A stretch of 64,000 nt of DNA from Longimicrobiales bacterium (GCA_041690395.1 JAWLHJ010000001.1:576001-640000), one strand, 5' to 3'. Shown: positions 9,234-19,163, counted from the stretch's first letter. Notes: generated from the sequence alone by a model not told the origin. Numbers and translations are program-made.

Positions 9234-9713
9234 ATGCATTCAATTCGGAACGGAGCGTTCGTGCTGGCCACCGCTGGAGCAGTCGCGCTCGGCGCGTGCA
9301 GCGACGATCCCGTCGGCCTCGACGACCATGAGGAGGCCGAGGGCGTCGAGCTCGTCCTCAACGGTGAGGTCGTGGCCACCTACGAGGAGGGGGTCTGGAC
9401 CGGAGAGCTCGAGGTCGTGGAAGGCGAAGAGACAGCGCTCATAACGGTCCGCTTCATCGACCATGACGGCGAGGCGATCGTCCCCGACGACGACAGCTAC
9501 CTCGAAGTCGAGATCGGGGACGAGACCGTCGCCGAGTTCGTGCAGGCCACTCCCGGCGAGTTCAGCGGACGCCTGCAGGGCGTCGCGGCCGGGGACACGT
9601 ACGCAGTGGTCCGCCTGATGCACGGCGCGGTCGGAACCGGACACCCGGACTTCGAGACGGCAGAGGAAGAGGCGGATGCGCTGCATGTGCACGTGACCGC
9701 CCCGGCCACCTGA
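9234..9713 (+). CDS. Acidic lipoprotein, probably metal-binding partner of the TonB receptor
   Basis: AGGAGA RBS, lipobox LGAC, and His motifs DDHEEAEG and LMHG..GHPDF. Confidence 0.8.
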   Translation: MHSIRNGAFVLATAGAVALGACSDDPVGLDDHEEAEGVELVLNGEVVATYEEGVWTGELEVVEGEETALITVRFIDHDGEAIVPDDDSYLEVEIGDETVAEFVQATPGEFSGRLQGVAAGDTYAVVRLMHGAVGTGHPDFETAEEEADALHVHVTAPAT

Positions 9714-9748
9714 GTCGAACGCGGCGCGAGCCGCACTGTCACCTACAC

Positions 9749-9786
9749 GGAGCCCTCCGACCCTTCGGGGCCGGGGGGCTTTCGTG
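9749..9786 (+). terminator. Intrinsic terminator hairpin with a cUUCGg loop, between convergent genes
   Basis: AGCCCTCCGACCC-TTCG-GGGCCGGGGGGCT followed by TTCGTGT. Confidence 0.7.
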
Positions 9787-9805
9787 TGGCGATCCGACCG
9801 ACCGG

Positions 9806-10468
9806 CTACGGGATCCGCGCGTACATCCCGATCCCGGCGCTCCCCAGATACCGGTCGCCGAAGCAGGCCGCGTCCGCCGCGCACGCTCCTCCCGCGATCC
9901 ACTCGGCGCGGGCGTACAGGAAGGGGCGCAGCGCGGAGAGTAGGGGCGGGAACCGCAGAGACGTGTAGGCCCCGAGTCCCGGGTCGGGTCCGACTCGCTC
10001 GGTGCCGTACGCCCCCGGGGACGCGTCGGGCCTGGGGCGATACTCGGTGTCCTGCCATGTGAGCGACCCGGTGACGCCCGCGGACAGCTCGACGAACGGG
10101 TTGAGCATGCGCGAGACGCCGACACCGAGCGTGGCGGCCCTCATGCGCATGACCGTGTCGAACGGGCCGGGGGTGCACGTGTCCAGGCCGCATTGTTGCG
10201 TCCGGACGCCGAGATCCTCGGAGACCGTGCGGTACCCGAGCTCGAAGCCGACCGGGCCGATCATCCAGGGGATCGCCATACCGACCCGGTAGCCGGTCGG
10301 CGTTCTCATGTCGTCGAGCGTCGTGAACGCCTGCTCGATCGCGAAGTCCAGGTCCAGCGCCTGGGCCTCGAGCCGGTCGGGCGACCCGGCCGCGAGGGCG
10401 GCCGCCAGCCACGTGAAGACCGCGCCCCGGCGGGCGTAGACGTGAGTCGAATTCGTTATCTTGGTCAC
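9806..10468 (-). CDS. Secreted / outer-membrane beta-barrel-like hypothetical protein
   Basis: GTG start with GGAGG upstream, signal peptide ending LEA|Q, alternating beta-strand pattern and two Cys pairs. Confidence 0.6.
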   Translation of the reverse strand: MTKITNSTHVYARRGAVFTWLAAALAAGSPDRLEAQALDLDFAIEQAFTTLDDMRTPTGYRVGMAIPWMIGPVGFELGYRTVSEDLGVRTQQCGLDTCTPGPFDTVMRMRAATLGVGVSRMLNPFVELSAGVTGSLTWQDTEYRPRPDASPGAYGTERVGPDPGLGAYTSLRFPPLLSALRPFLYARAEWIAGGACAADAACFGDRYLGSAGIGMYARIP

Positions 10469-10677
10469 CGATACATGCCTCCGCTCATGCCCTCGGATGC
10501 GGTCGCGCCGAGCGTGGCAGGTCGCCTGCTCCCGATACTCGTCTCGGAACCCGCGACCCCGCTCGTTGAAGACGATCGGGGGAGCCCGATCGTGACGAGC
10601 GCCGAGCCTCTCGGCTCCCGGGCAGGCCTGAGCCGGGGCCATATCTCCCGTTGAACGAAGGTCGTGGACGAAGCCTC

Positions 10678-11433
10678 ATGACGATGGTCGACTGGCTCCT
10701 CACGGAGCAGCTCATGGAGATCTTCCAGGAAGCCGCCGCCAAGCGTCCCGACCTCAATGCCGAGCTCGTGCCCCGGAGCCCTCTCGGGGAGGAGGACGTC
10801 CTGGCGGGGGCCGGGGCCGTGGCTCGCATCGAGACGACCGACGGCGCGGTTCTCGTCGTGACGCCGCGTCGCATCCAACGGGTGCTCGACGAGCGGGGGC
10901 TCGACCTCGTGCGCTTCGAGGACCTGGTCGGCTACGACTGGATCACGCCGGAGATGTCCGAGAAAGTCGAGCAGAAGGACGAGCACTGGGACCGGCTGTA
11001 CCTGTATCCGCGGGAGGCGCCGCCGATCACCCTCGACCACCTCGGTGACGCCGTCTATCCGCTCATGACCTTCCTCGGGAGGGTGCTCGAGTTCCGCTCC
11101 GAGAAGGTGCTGCGCCGCAAGCTCGACGACGACGTCGTGGAGCTGCTCGGCCGATGCCTCACGGCGACCGCCCGCGGTCCGTTCTTCACGGACCAGGAGC
11201 TCTCCGACCGGTTCCGGCGGAGTCGCGAGACGATGGACATCGTGGCGGGCATGTGGCCGAAGGTGAACCTGGCCGCGCCCGAGGTGCTCGACCTGCTGGA
11301 GCGGGTCGTGGAGGCCCTGCTCGAGCGGGCCGAGTCGCACGCCGATGCATGGGAGGAGTGGGTCGGGGCGAAGCCCGCCAAAGTGGAGGTGGTGCTGGAG
11401 GTGTTCCGCCGGGTGTCTTCCGGGGAGGTATGA
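10678..11433 (+). CDS. Hypothetical protein
   Basis: Long ORF with normal composition filling the gap before speA. Confidence 0.75.
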   Translation: MTMVDWLLTEQLMEIFQEAAAKRPDLNAELVPRSPLGEEDVLAGAGAVARIETTDGAVLVVTPRRIQRVLDERGLDLVRFEDLVGYDWITPEMSEKVEQKDEHWDRLYLYPREAPPITLDHLGDAVYPLMTFLGRVLEFRSEKVLRRKLDDDVVELLGRCLTATARGPFFTDQELSDRFRRSRETMDIVAGMWPKVNLAAPEVLDLLERVVEALLERAESHADAWEEWVGAKPAKVEVVLEVFRRVSSGEV

Positions 11434-11549
11434 CACGTCGGTCCATGGCATGCGATATTCCACTCCCGCAACACCTGTTTCTTAGAGTGTCGTGCTCGGG
11501 CCGCGCCACGTCCCGAACCCGGCGCGCCGCCGCGCGAGGATGAGCAGCG

Positions 11550-13532
11550 ATGAGCGATGTGGTCACGGTCGATCCCGAACGGTCGACGGAGTGGACGACG
11601 AGGGACGCCGCCGATACCTACCGGTTCGAGGACTGGGGTGACGGCTACCTCGGGATCTCCGACGCGGGCACGCTCGTCGTGCGCCCGAACGGGCCCGAAG
11701 GCCAGTCACTCGACCTGCTCGAGATCATCGAGGGGCTCGAGACGCGAGGGCTGACGGCTCCGGTCGTCCTCCGCTTCCCCGACCTGCTGCGCCATCGGAT
11801 GACGAAGCTTCGCGACGCGTTCGCGAACGCCATCGAAGAGGTCGGCTACGGGAACCGGTACTCGTGCGTCTACCCCATCAAGGTCAACCAGCAGCGCCAG
11901 CTCTGCGAGGCCGTGGTTCGCTTCGCCGAGGAACTCGACTTCGGCATCGAGGTGGGCTCCAAGCCGGAGCTCCTCGCCGGGCTCGCGCTGACGGTGGGCC
12001 ACAACCCGATGCCGCTCGTGTGCAACGGCTTCAAGGACGACGAGTTCATCGAGACGGTGATCCTCGCGGCGAAGATGGGCCGGAACGTCATCCCCGTCGT
12101 CGAGCAGTTCCACGAGCTGGAGCTGATCGTGAAGCAGGCCGAGGCGCACAACGTGCGGCCCAACATCGGGATTCGGGCGCGCCTGGGTGCGGGCGGCATC
12201 GGGCGGTGGGCGACCTCGTCGGGGCTGCGCGGCAAGTTCGGCCTCTCCGTCAGCGAGGTCCTGCAGGCCGTCGACTATCTGAAGGAGCGCGACCTGCTGG
12301 ACTCGCTCCGCCTCCTGCACTGCCACATCGGCTCGCAGATCTACGACATCCGGACCGTGAAGTACGCGGTGAGCGAGGTGACGCACCTGTACACGGAGCT
12401 GGTCGAGCAGGGGGCCCCGATGGGCATGCTCGACCTGGGCGGCGGGCTCGGCGTGGACTACGACGGCACCCAGTCGGCGAGCCCGGCTTCATCGAACTAC
12501 ACGGTGGAGCAGTACGCGCTCGACGTGGTGCACCGTATCAAGTCGATCTGCGACGACGCCGGGATCGACCCGCCGCACATCTTCTCCGAGTCGGGGAGGG
12601 CGCTCGTCAGCCACTGTACGGCCATCGTGTGCGAGGCGGTGGCGAGCCGGCGGCTCCCCGAGACGCCGAACCAGCCGCTCCTGGAGCGGGCGCTCGGCGC
12701 GGACGACGTGCCGCAGCCGCTCCGCGACATCCTCGACGCGTACGAGCGAATGGACGGGGACGACGCCGACTCGCTCGATCCGTTGGAGCTGTTCAACGAC
12801 GCGGCCCACGCATTCGAAGAGGCGATGAGCCTCTTCAACCTGGGATACATGGACATCGCCTCTCGTGCGGCGACCGAAGAGATGTACTGGTGCGTGGGAC
12901 GGCGGGTCCTGGAGATGCTCGAGGGTGAGGTGCCCGAGGAGCTCGCCGATCTGACGGCGACGTTCGCGGACCTCTACTTCGTGAACCTCAGCGTCTTCCA
13001 GTCGCTCCTCGACTCGTGGGCGATCGACCAGCTCTTTCCCATCATGCCGATCCACCGGCTACACGAGCGGCCCACGCGGTCCGGGGTTCTGGTCGACATA
13101 TCCTGTGATTCGGACGGCCGCATCGAGCAGTTCCCGTCCGCGGACGGGCCGAAAGGCACGCTCGAGCTGCACGAGCTGGTGCCGGCGCCCGAGGACGCCG
13201 ATCAGGAGTTCGAGCCGTACTACCTCGGTGTCTTCCTCACCGGCGCGTACCAGGAGACGCTCGGGGACCTGCACAACCTGTTCGGCGACACCCACGCCGT
13301 GCACGTCGTGATCGACGGGAAGAACGGGCGCTGGCGCATCGACGAGGTCGTCGAGGGCGATACCGTGCGTGAGGTGCTCGGATACGTCCAGTACGACGCC
13401 GACGTCATGCGCGAAGACCTCCGGAAGGACGCCGAAGAGGCACTGGCGGCGGGCCGTCTGACACTCGCCGAGACCGTCAGCCTGAGACGATTCCTCGACG
13501 ACGGATTCCAGGGCTACACCTACCTGGAGTAG
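11550..13532 (+). CDS. speA: Biosynthetic arginine decarboxylase
   Basis: YPIKVNQ (PLP lysine), EVGSKPEL, CNGFKD, HCHIGSQI, DLGGGLGVDYDG, DISCDSDG and GAYQETLGDLHNLFG. Confidence 0.95.
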   Translation: MSDVVTVDPERSTEWTTRDAADTYRFEDWGDGYLGISDAGTLVVRPNGPEGQSLDLLEIIEGLETRGLTAPVVLRFPDLLRHRMTKLRDAFANAIEEVGYGNRYSCVYPIKVNQQRQLCEAVVRFAEELDFGIEVGSKPELLAGLALTVGHNPMPLVCNGFKDDEFIETVILAAKMGRNVIPVVEQFHELELIVKQAEAHNVRPNIGIRARLGAGGIGRWATSSGLRGKFGLSVSEVLQAVDYLKERDLLDSLRLLHCHIGSQIYDIRTVKYAVSEVTHLYTELVEQGAPMGMLDLGGGLGVDYDGTQSASPASSNYTVEQYALDVVHRIKSICDDAGIDPPHIFSESGRALVSHCTAIVCEAVASRRLPETPNQPLLERALGADDVPQPLRDILDAYERMDGDDADSLDPLELFNDAAHAFEEAMSLFNLGYMDIASRAATEEMYWCVGRRVLEMLEGEVPEELADLTATFADLYFVNLSVFQSLLDSWAIDQLFPIMPIHRLHERPTRSGVLVDISCDSDGRIEQFPSADGPKGTLELHELVPAPEDADQEFEPYYLGVFLTGAYQETLGDLHNLFGDTHAVHVVIDGKNGRWRIDEVVEGDTVREVLGYVQYDADVMREDLRKDAEEALAAGRLTLAETVSLRRFLDDGFQGYTYLE

Positions 13533-13657
13533 GTCGAGGGCATGGTCCGGGCGCGCCTCGCAGGGTGCGAGGTCGTTCGGTGGAACGCGGGCCGCGCGCG
13601 GCCGACGGCGTTTGGCGGTGGGCAAGCAAGGCTATGCCAGGCGTCGACTTAGGTTCT

Positions 13658-13674
13658 CTGGTCCGGATGTTGCT
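13658..13674 (+). promoter_or_regulatory. Putative sigma54 (-24/-12) promoter
   Basis: CTGGTCCGGATGTTGCT has exact GG-N10-GC spacing and lies about 50 nt upstream of the lipoprotein ATG. Confidence 0.5.
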
Positions 13675-13722
13675 TCCTGGATTTGGGGTCGGAGACGCAC
13701 ATTCTGAACGAGGACGAGACCG

Positions 13723-14337
13723 ATGAACCGCATTCATGTTCGAGGCGCGACGCTGGCCATGCTCGTGGCGGTGGCCGCGTGTGGCGACAGCACGACGGAG
13801 GTCGTGGGAGACCTGAGCCAGGCGGAAGCCGAGGCGCTGGCCGAGGTCGTGGGCTCGACGGTGTTCACCAGCGCGAGCAACAACCCGCCGGACGCGCAGG
13901 CGGGCGCTCCCTCCCGGATGCCGGTCAGCGGGTCGGAGTCGATCAGCGGCACGCTTCCCTGTGAGCTCGGCGGCACCGTGACGGTCTCGGGTGACCTCGA
14001 GTTCTCGGGCGACACCGAGACGCAGGTCGACGCGTCCTACTCCATCACGCAGGTCCACGATGGATGTGTGGCCGCGTCCCAGGACGGCATCGTGTTCACG
14101 CTCGACGGCGCGCCGAGCGTCTCGGCCGGGCTGAACATGTCCATCTCCCAGTCGTCGCTCTCCATGGACGGTGGCTACCAGGGCGCCGTCGATTGGGCGA
14201 CCGACGACAGCGAGGGGACGTGCACCGTCGACATCACCCTCGACATCGAGGCCAACGGGCTCGACGAGACCGTATCCGCTTCCATGGCGGGAACGGTGTG
14301 TGGCATCAGCATCTCGAAGACGCTCAATCTCGGCTGA
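13723..14337 (+). CDS. Hypothetical beta-rich lipoprotein
   Basis: Lipobox VAAC, Ser/Thr/Asp-rich sequence and four further Cys. Confidence 0.8.
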   Translation: MNRIHVRGATLAMLVAVAACGDSTTEVVGDLSQAEAEALAEVVGSTVFTSASNNPPDAQAGAPSRMPVSGSESISGTLPCELGGTVTVSGDLEFSGDTETQVDASYSITQVHDGCVAASQDGIVFTLDGAPSVSAGLNMSISQSSLSMDGGYQGAVDWATDDSEGTCTVDITLDIEANGLDETVSASMAGTVCGISISKTLNLG

Positions 14338-14500
14338 CGCGTCGGTTGGTCGGGTCGGGCCGCTGGCGCCCGGCCGCTCCGGGCCTCCGTCTCTCCGAGG
14401 CGGGGGCCCGTTTGCATCCGCCCCAGCTTCGGGGCCCTCCCCAGCACGGCCCGACCGGCCTACCTTCGCGGGCATCGATCCTTCAGCCAGGTCCGTGTCC

Positions 14501-15577
14501 ATGACGCTCGCTCAGTCGCTCGCCGCCGTCACCCGACTCGCGTTCGCGGGGGGGCTTCTTGCCCTGCCGCTCTCCGCCGCCGCCCAGGAGCCCGCACAGT
14601 GGGGCCCCGAGCTCGAGTTCCACACCTTCTCCATCGTCGGAGTCGACCCCGAGACCGGCGAGACGGGCGCCGCGGTGACGACTCGTAACGCGTGCGTGGG
14701 CAACGGCGTGCCGTGGGTGCGTGTGGGCGTGGGCGCGGTGGCCACCCAGGCCTCCACCCGCACCCAGTACGGGGGGGAGCTGCTGGACATGATCGAGGAG
14801 GGGATGAGTCCGTCGGAGGCGCTCGCGGCGGCGCTGGCCAAAGACGAGGGCGTCGAGAGCCGGCAGGTCGGCGTCATCGCTTTGGATGGTCGGAGCGCCC
14901 AGCACACGGGGAGCCGACCGGGGCCGTGGGCGGGTCACCGGGCCGGGCCGCACTACGCCACGCAGGGGAACGTGCTGGTCGGCCCGGAGGTCCTCGAGGC
15001 GGTCGCGAGGACGTTCGAGGCGACCGAGGGATCAGGGCTGCACCTCGCCGATCGGCTCATCGCGGCGATGGAAGCCGGCCAGGCTGCCGGGGGAGATCGG
15101 CGTTACGGCCGCATGCAGTCGGCGGCCGTGGTCGTCGCGGACCCGCGCGAGGGGATGGCGCGCCGGGACGACGGCCAGACCGTTCACGTCAACATCTGCG
15201 AGCACCCGGAGCCCGTGGGTGAGATGCGCCGCGTGTACGATGCGGTGTCCGGGAAGCTCGGCTTCCGTACGCTCCAGCAGCAGGCCGGCTCCGACGTGTG
15301 GCAGGTGAAGCTCATCATGCATGCGCTCGGTCACTACCGGCCCGAGGCCGAGACACTCGAGCGGGACGACGATTGGCAGGTGTACGGCGACGACATCGCG
15401 GCCGCGGTCGACGCGTTCCGCGGCGAGCGGGGACTGTCGAACAGCGAGTCGGGCGGGAGCCCGCCGGGGCTCGTGGACGAGGTGGCCGTCGACGCGATGT
15501 GGGCGGCGCTCACGGAGGCCGGCAAGGCCGAGGAGATCCGCCGGATGATTCGCGAGCTGACCTGGGTGCGGCGGTAG
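14501..15577 (+). CDS. DUF1028 family Ntn-hydrolase-like secreted protein with a possible C-terminal peptidoglycan-binding domain
   Basis: Signal peptide, then H|TFSIVGVDPETGETG, VGAVATQA, RQVGVI, QGNVL and GGDRR. Confidence 0.85.
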   Translation: MTLAQSLAAVTRLAFAGGLLALPLSAAAQEPAQWGPELEFHTFSIVGVDPETGETGAAVTTRNACVGNGVPWVRVGVGAVATQASTRTQYGGELLDMIEEGMSPSEALAAALAKDEGVESRQVGVIALDGRSAQHTGSRPGPWAGHRAGPHYATQGNVLVGPEVLEAVARTFEATEGSGLHLADRLIAAMEAGQAAGGDRRYGRMQSAAVVVADPREGMARRDDGQTVHVNICEHPEPVGEMRRVYDAVSGKLGFRTLQQQAGSDVWQVKLIMHALGHYRPEAETLERDDDWQVYGDDIAAAVDAFRGERGLSNSESGGSPPGLVDEVAVDAMWAALTEAGKAEEIRRMIRELTWVRR

Positions 15578-15580
15578 GCG

Positions 15581-15991
15581 TCAGCCGCGCTGCCTCCGTG
15601 GAATCACGAACTTCAACCCCGACCAGGTCTCGTCCACGGCGCACACCTTGATGTCCACCAGGCCGGCGCCGAGCCCGGCGTCGCGGACCACGTTCCCGTT
15701 GACGTCGGTCTCGACACCCGATGCCTTCTTGGGCCACGACACCCAGATCATCCCGGTCGGGGCGATCTGGAGCCGCAGCTTGGTGAGCCGGTCCTGAAGC
15801 CCTTCGGCTTCCGTCACGAAAACGTGCACGAAGTCCAGCGGACCCCGCTGCCGGGAGCCGAAATGGACGTCCCCGGGGAGTCCGGCCAGGAGGTCGTCGT
15901 AGTCGTCGGGCGGATCGAGGGCCTGGCAGGCCATCCCCGGCTTCAGGCCGAGCTTCTTGAAGAGGGGCGTGCCGGAATAACCTGCGGGCAT
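15581..15991 (-). CDS. DUF3052-like protein
   Basis: GYSGTPLFKKLG, IWVSWPKKASG and GLVDIKVCAVDETWSGLKFV. Confidence 0.85.
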   Translation of the reverse strand: MPAGYSGTPLFKKLGLKPGMACQALDPPDDYDDLLAGLPGDVHFGSRQRGPLDFVHVFVTEAEGLQDRLTKLRLQIAPTGMIWVSWPKKASGVETDVNGNVVRDAGLGAGLVDIKVCAVDETWSGLKFVIPRRQRG

Positions 15992-16092
15992 GACGTCTCC
16001 GGTGGATGCGGCCGTGAGCCTCGGACCGTCCGACTCAACCTACGGGGGGTGGTCGTTCCGGCAAGCCGGAACTCCGCCGCCCGTTTGCTCGC

Positions 16093-16121
16093 TTGACGGC
16101 GGGCCGCGCCCGGCGCACGAT
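16093..16121 (+). promoter_or_regulatory. Putative sigma70 promoter TTGACG-N17-CACGAT
   Basis: Canonical spacing, upstream of the GGAGG RBS and the ATG at 16158. Confidence 0.45.
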
Positions 16122-16157
16122 GGCTGCCACGTCTTCGACCCCCTGGAGGACCAGGCC

Positions 16158-16748
16158 ATGGACACATCGATCGCTCGCCGCACCGCCGCCACGCTGCTCT
16201 GTCTCGCGTGGGGATGCGGCGGGGCCGCGGAGGAGGCGGCCACCGTCCCATCGCCGCAGGACGAGTTTTTCGCGCAGCTCGAGTCGATGTGTGGCCAGGC
16301 ATTCGAGGGCGAGGCGACCCTCGTCTCCGGTGAGGGGTTCGACGGGCGCATGGTCATGCACGTCCGCCGCTGCTCGCCCGACGAGATCCAGATTCCGCTG
16401 CACGTCGGCGAGAACCGCTCGCGGACCTGGATCGTGACCCGCACCGACACGGGGCTCCGGCTCAAGCACGATCATCGGCACGAGGACGGTTCGGAGGACG
16501 CGGTCACGCAGTACGGCGGCGACACGCGCGACGTCGGAACGGCCACGACGCAGGCGTTCCCGGCCGACGCCTTCACCGCCGAGCTGCTGCCGGAGGCGGC
16601 CACCAACGTCTGGATCATGACCGTCGAGCCCGGGGAGCGATTCACCTACCATCTGACCCGGAACGGCGAGCCGCGGGCGACCTTCACCTTCGACCTGAGC
16701 CGAACGGTGGACGCTCCGCACGCGCCCTGGGGGTACGAGGGGCGCTGA
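16158..16748 (+). CDS. Conserved secreted/lipoprotein hypothetical protein
   Basis: GGAGG RBS, lipobox-like AWGC, and family-like motifs CGQAFEG, MHVRRC, HVGENRSRTW, LKHDHRHEDG and YGG. Confidence 0.8.
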   Translation: MDTSIARRTAATLLCLAWGCGGAAEEAATVPSPQDEFFAQLESMCGQAFEGEATLVSGEGFDGRMVMHVRRCSPDEIQIPLHVGENRSRTWIVTRTDTGLRLKHDHRHEDGSEDAVTQYGGDTRDVGTATTQAFPADAFTAELLPEAATNVWIMTVEPGERFTYHLTRNGEPRATFTFDLSRTVDAPHAPWGYEGR

Positions 16749-16775
16749 GCGCGGAGGCCGCCACGGAGGCCGGCC

Positions 16776-19163
16776 TCAGCTGATCGGCACCCTCCGCTTG
16801 AGCACGAAGAGCCCCTGCTTGTGGCTCGTGACCAGGATGTTGCCGCTCTCGAAGAACGGGTAGTTGCTCCACGATCCGTCGAAGAAGCCCGGCACGTCGT
16901 CGGCGAACGGCGCGGTGTCGAAGAAGCCGACCTCGCGCGGGTTCACGGGGTCGGAGATGTCGATGACGCGCAGCCCGGCGGCGTAGTTGGACTGGTACAT
17001 CATGTCGCCGCGCACGTAGAGGTTGTGGTCGGTCGCGCTCGTCTCGCCCAGGTACTCGCCCGCGAGCACCGGGTCGTCGAGCTCCGCGACGTCCCAGATC
17101 ATGGTGCGCGTCCGGTCGGTCAAGCCGTTCATCTCGTCGAGCTCGTCGTTGACGTAGATGTAGCGGTGATCGTCCGTCAGCCATCCCTGATGGATGTAGG
17201 CGGTGTTCGGCATGCTGGCGTTACCGAGGACGACCGGAGCCTCCTTGTCGGTCACGTCGCCGATGCTGACCGCCGTCTCACCGTATCCGAAGCAGATCTC
17301 GCGGCCCTGGTATCGCGCGTCGGGGCCCCGGTAGACGACGCACTGGGCGTCGTGGGTCTGCCCGGCGGCGCCCAACCCGACCGACGGGTCGTTGTAACAT
17401 CCCGCGAAGGTCGGGTTCTTCGGGTCGTTGAGGTCGATCATGTGGATCGACGCGCATCCCCGCCCGCCCCCCGAGTTGCCGACCGTGTACGCGAAGCCCG
17501 TCTCCTCGTTCACCGCGAGGTTGTGCGCGCTCGCGATGTCCGTGTAGAGGGCGTCGGCCTCGAAGGTCGGAGGATCCGCCGGGTCGACGGTCCGGAGCCG
17601 GGTCATGTCGAACACCTGCATGCCGTGCTCCCCGGCGTTGTCGGCCACCACGAGAGCGTGATCGCGCAGGACCTTCACGTCGCGCCAGGCCTGGCCGCGG
17701 CTCCCCTCGGTCTTGGGGAGCTGGCCGAGGTAGACCGGCCGCGTCGGGTCGGTGACGTCGACGAACGACGTCCCCTCGGAACGACCGACGACGGCGTACT
17801 CACGCCCCGTCTCGGGGTCCGTCCAGCCCCACACGTCGTTCACCATCGCTCCCCGGGATGCGCCGAGCTCGTGGACGGGGAGGAGCGCGACCAGGTCCAT
17901 CTGGTCGCACGAGAAGATGGCGGCGCTCCCTTCGGCACAGTCCACGGCGTCGCCGGACACCGCGTCGTACCCTTCGGCCTCGCCTTCCAACCGGCCGGCT
18001 TCGGTCCACGCGTCACCGGTGCGCTCGAACCCGACGGCCACGCCGGCGCCGTAGGCGTCGCCCGGCGAGCCCACCACGGCCACGTCCGGCCCCGCGGCGA
18101 GCGCCAGCCCGAACACGGGCATGAAGTCGGTTCCGGGACCGCGAATCGCCTCGCCGGGACCCCAGCCGCCGGCGGTCTGCCGGAAGCGTGCGACCGCACC
18201 CATCATCCCGGCGGCATTCGGGGCGCCGACCCAGAGCGTACCGCCGGCCAGCGCCAGGGCCGTGCCGAAGCGGCCCTGAGCTCCTTCGGGAGCCGCGAGC
18301 GTCGTGTCGCGCGCCGGGGCTCCGGAGGCGTCCACGGTGAACAGGGTCACGGCCCCCTGGCCTCCGGACGCCAGTGGCGTCCCGACCGCCGCCAACTCCC
18401 CGTCGGTGGCGAGCCCACATTCCTTGTAGGAGTCCTGCGAGAGCAAGCCGCCGGACATCGAGAAGGGAACGTTGGTGTCGAGCGACCCGGAGGGGGCCCA
18501 GGTCCCACTCGTGCCGCGGGTGAACGCTTCGACGAGCACGGTTCCGTCGGCGTCCGCGGTGCACACGAGGAGGGTTTCGTCGCCGAGGAAGGCTACCGCC
18601 GCGCCGAAGCGCCGGTCGGCCGTCGCGGCTTGCAGTACGATCTCTTCCCGGAGCGTGCCGCCCTCCCGCGCGTAGACGCGCACACGCTCGCCGCCCTCTC
18701 CCTGCTCCACGACCGCGGCCCCGGTCCTCGTCACCGCGACGGCCCCCCCGGTGCCCGTCGCCCCCTCGCGCGCGCCGATGCGGGCGGCTTCGCGCCACCC
18801 TTCGTCCCCACGGAGGAACAGGTAGGCGGCACCCGCCCCGTCCCCGGCTCTCGGCGCGCCCACCAGCAGGGCGTCGCCCCGCGCGGAGACGGCCCGGCCG
18901 AAGCCGTCGGAGCGCTCGGCGCCCGAGGCGGTGAGCACCTGTGACTCTCTCCATCCCGACGTTCCGGGCCGGAACACGTACACGCGTCCGGGGCGAACGA
19001 CGTTCTGGGGCTCGGCGACGAGCACGTCACCGCTCGCCACCGCGGCGGCGCGGCCGAAGGCCGTGCCGAAGTCGTAGAGCTGCTGGCCCGCCGCGGGTCG
19101 CGGGACGAGGGTGACGGCGAGGCAGACGAGGCCGGCGGCGAGGATCGAGCTCGGGGTGCGCAT
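16776..19163 (-). CDS. Choice-of-anchor B family secreted protein (FG-GAP repeats plus LVIVD-type propeller)
   Basis: Signal peptide and FG..A/VGAP repeats. Also NDVWGWTDPETGREYA, WRDVKV, HDAQCVVY, YIHQGWLTDD, DHNLYV and GSWSNYPFFESG. Confidence 0.9.
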   Translation of the reverse strand: MRTPSSILAAGLVCLAVTLVPRPAAGQQLYDFGTAFGRAAAVASGDVLVAEPQNVVRPGRVYVFRPGTSGWRESQVLTASGAERSDGFGRAVSARGDALLVGAPRAGDGAGAAYLFLRGDEGWREAARIGAREGATGTGGAVAVTRTGAAVVEQGEGGERVRVYAREGGTLREEIVLQAATADRRFGAAVAFLGDETLLVCTADADGTVLVEAFTRGTSGTWAPSGSLDTNVPFSMSGGLLSQDSYKECGLATDGELAAVGTPLASGGQGAVTLFTVDASGAPARDTTLAAPEGAQGRFGTALALAGGTLWVGAPNAAGMMGAVARFRQTAGGWGPGEAIRGPGTDFMPVFGLALAAGPDVAVVGSPGDAYGAGVAVGFERTGDAWTEAGRLEGEAEGYDAVSGDAVDCAEGSAAIFSCDQMDLVALLPVHELGASRGAMVNDVWGWTDPETGREYAVVGRSEGTSFVDVTDPTRPVYLGQLPKTEGSRGQAWRDVKVLRDHALVVADNAGEHGMQVFDMTRLRTVDPADPPTFEADALYTDIASAHNLAVNEETGFAYTVGNSGGGRGCASIHMIDLNDPKNPTFAGCYNDPSVGLGAAGQTHDAQCVVYRGPDARYQGREICFGYGETAVSIGDVTDKEAPVVLGNASMPNTAYIHQGWLTDDHRYIYVNDELDEMNGLTDRTRTMIWDVAELDDPVLAGEYLGETSATDHNLYVRGDMMYQSNYAAGLRVIDISDPVNPREVGFFDTAPFADDVPGFFDGSWSNYPFFESGNILVTSHKQGLFVLKRRVPIS

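Noticed and set aside
13625..13640. Reverse-strand sigma54-like CTGGCATAGCCTTGCT
   Set aside because: The GG-GC spacing is 9, not 10, and it points antisense into speA.
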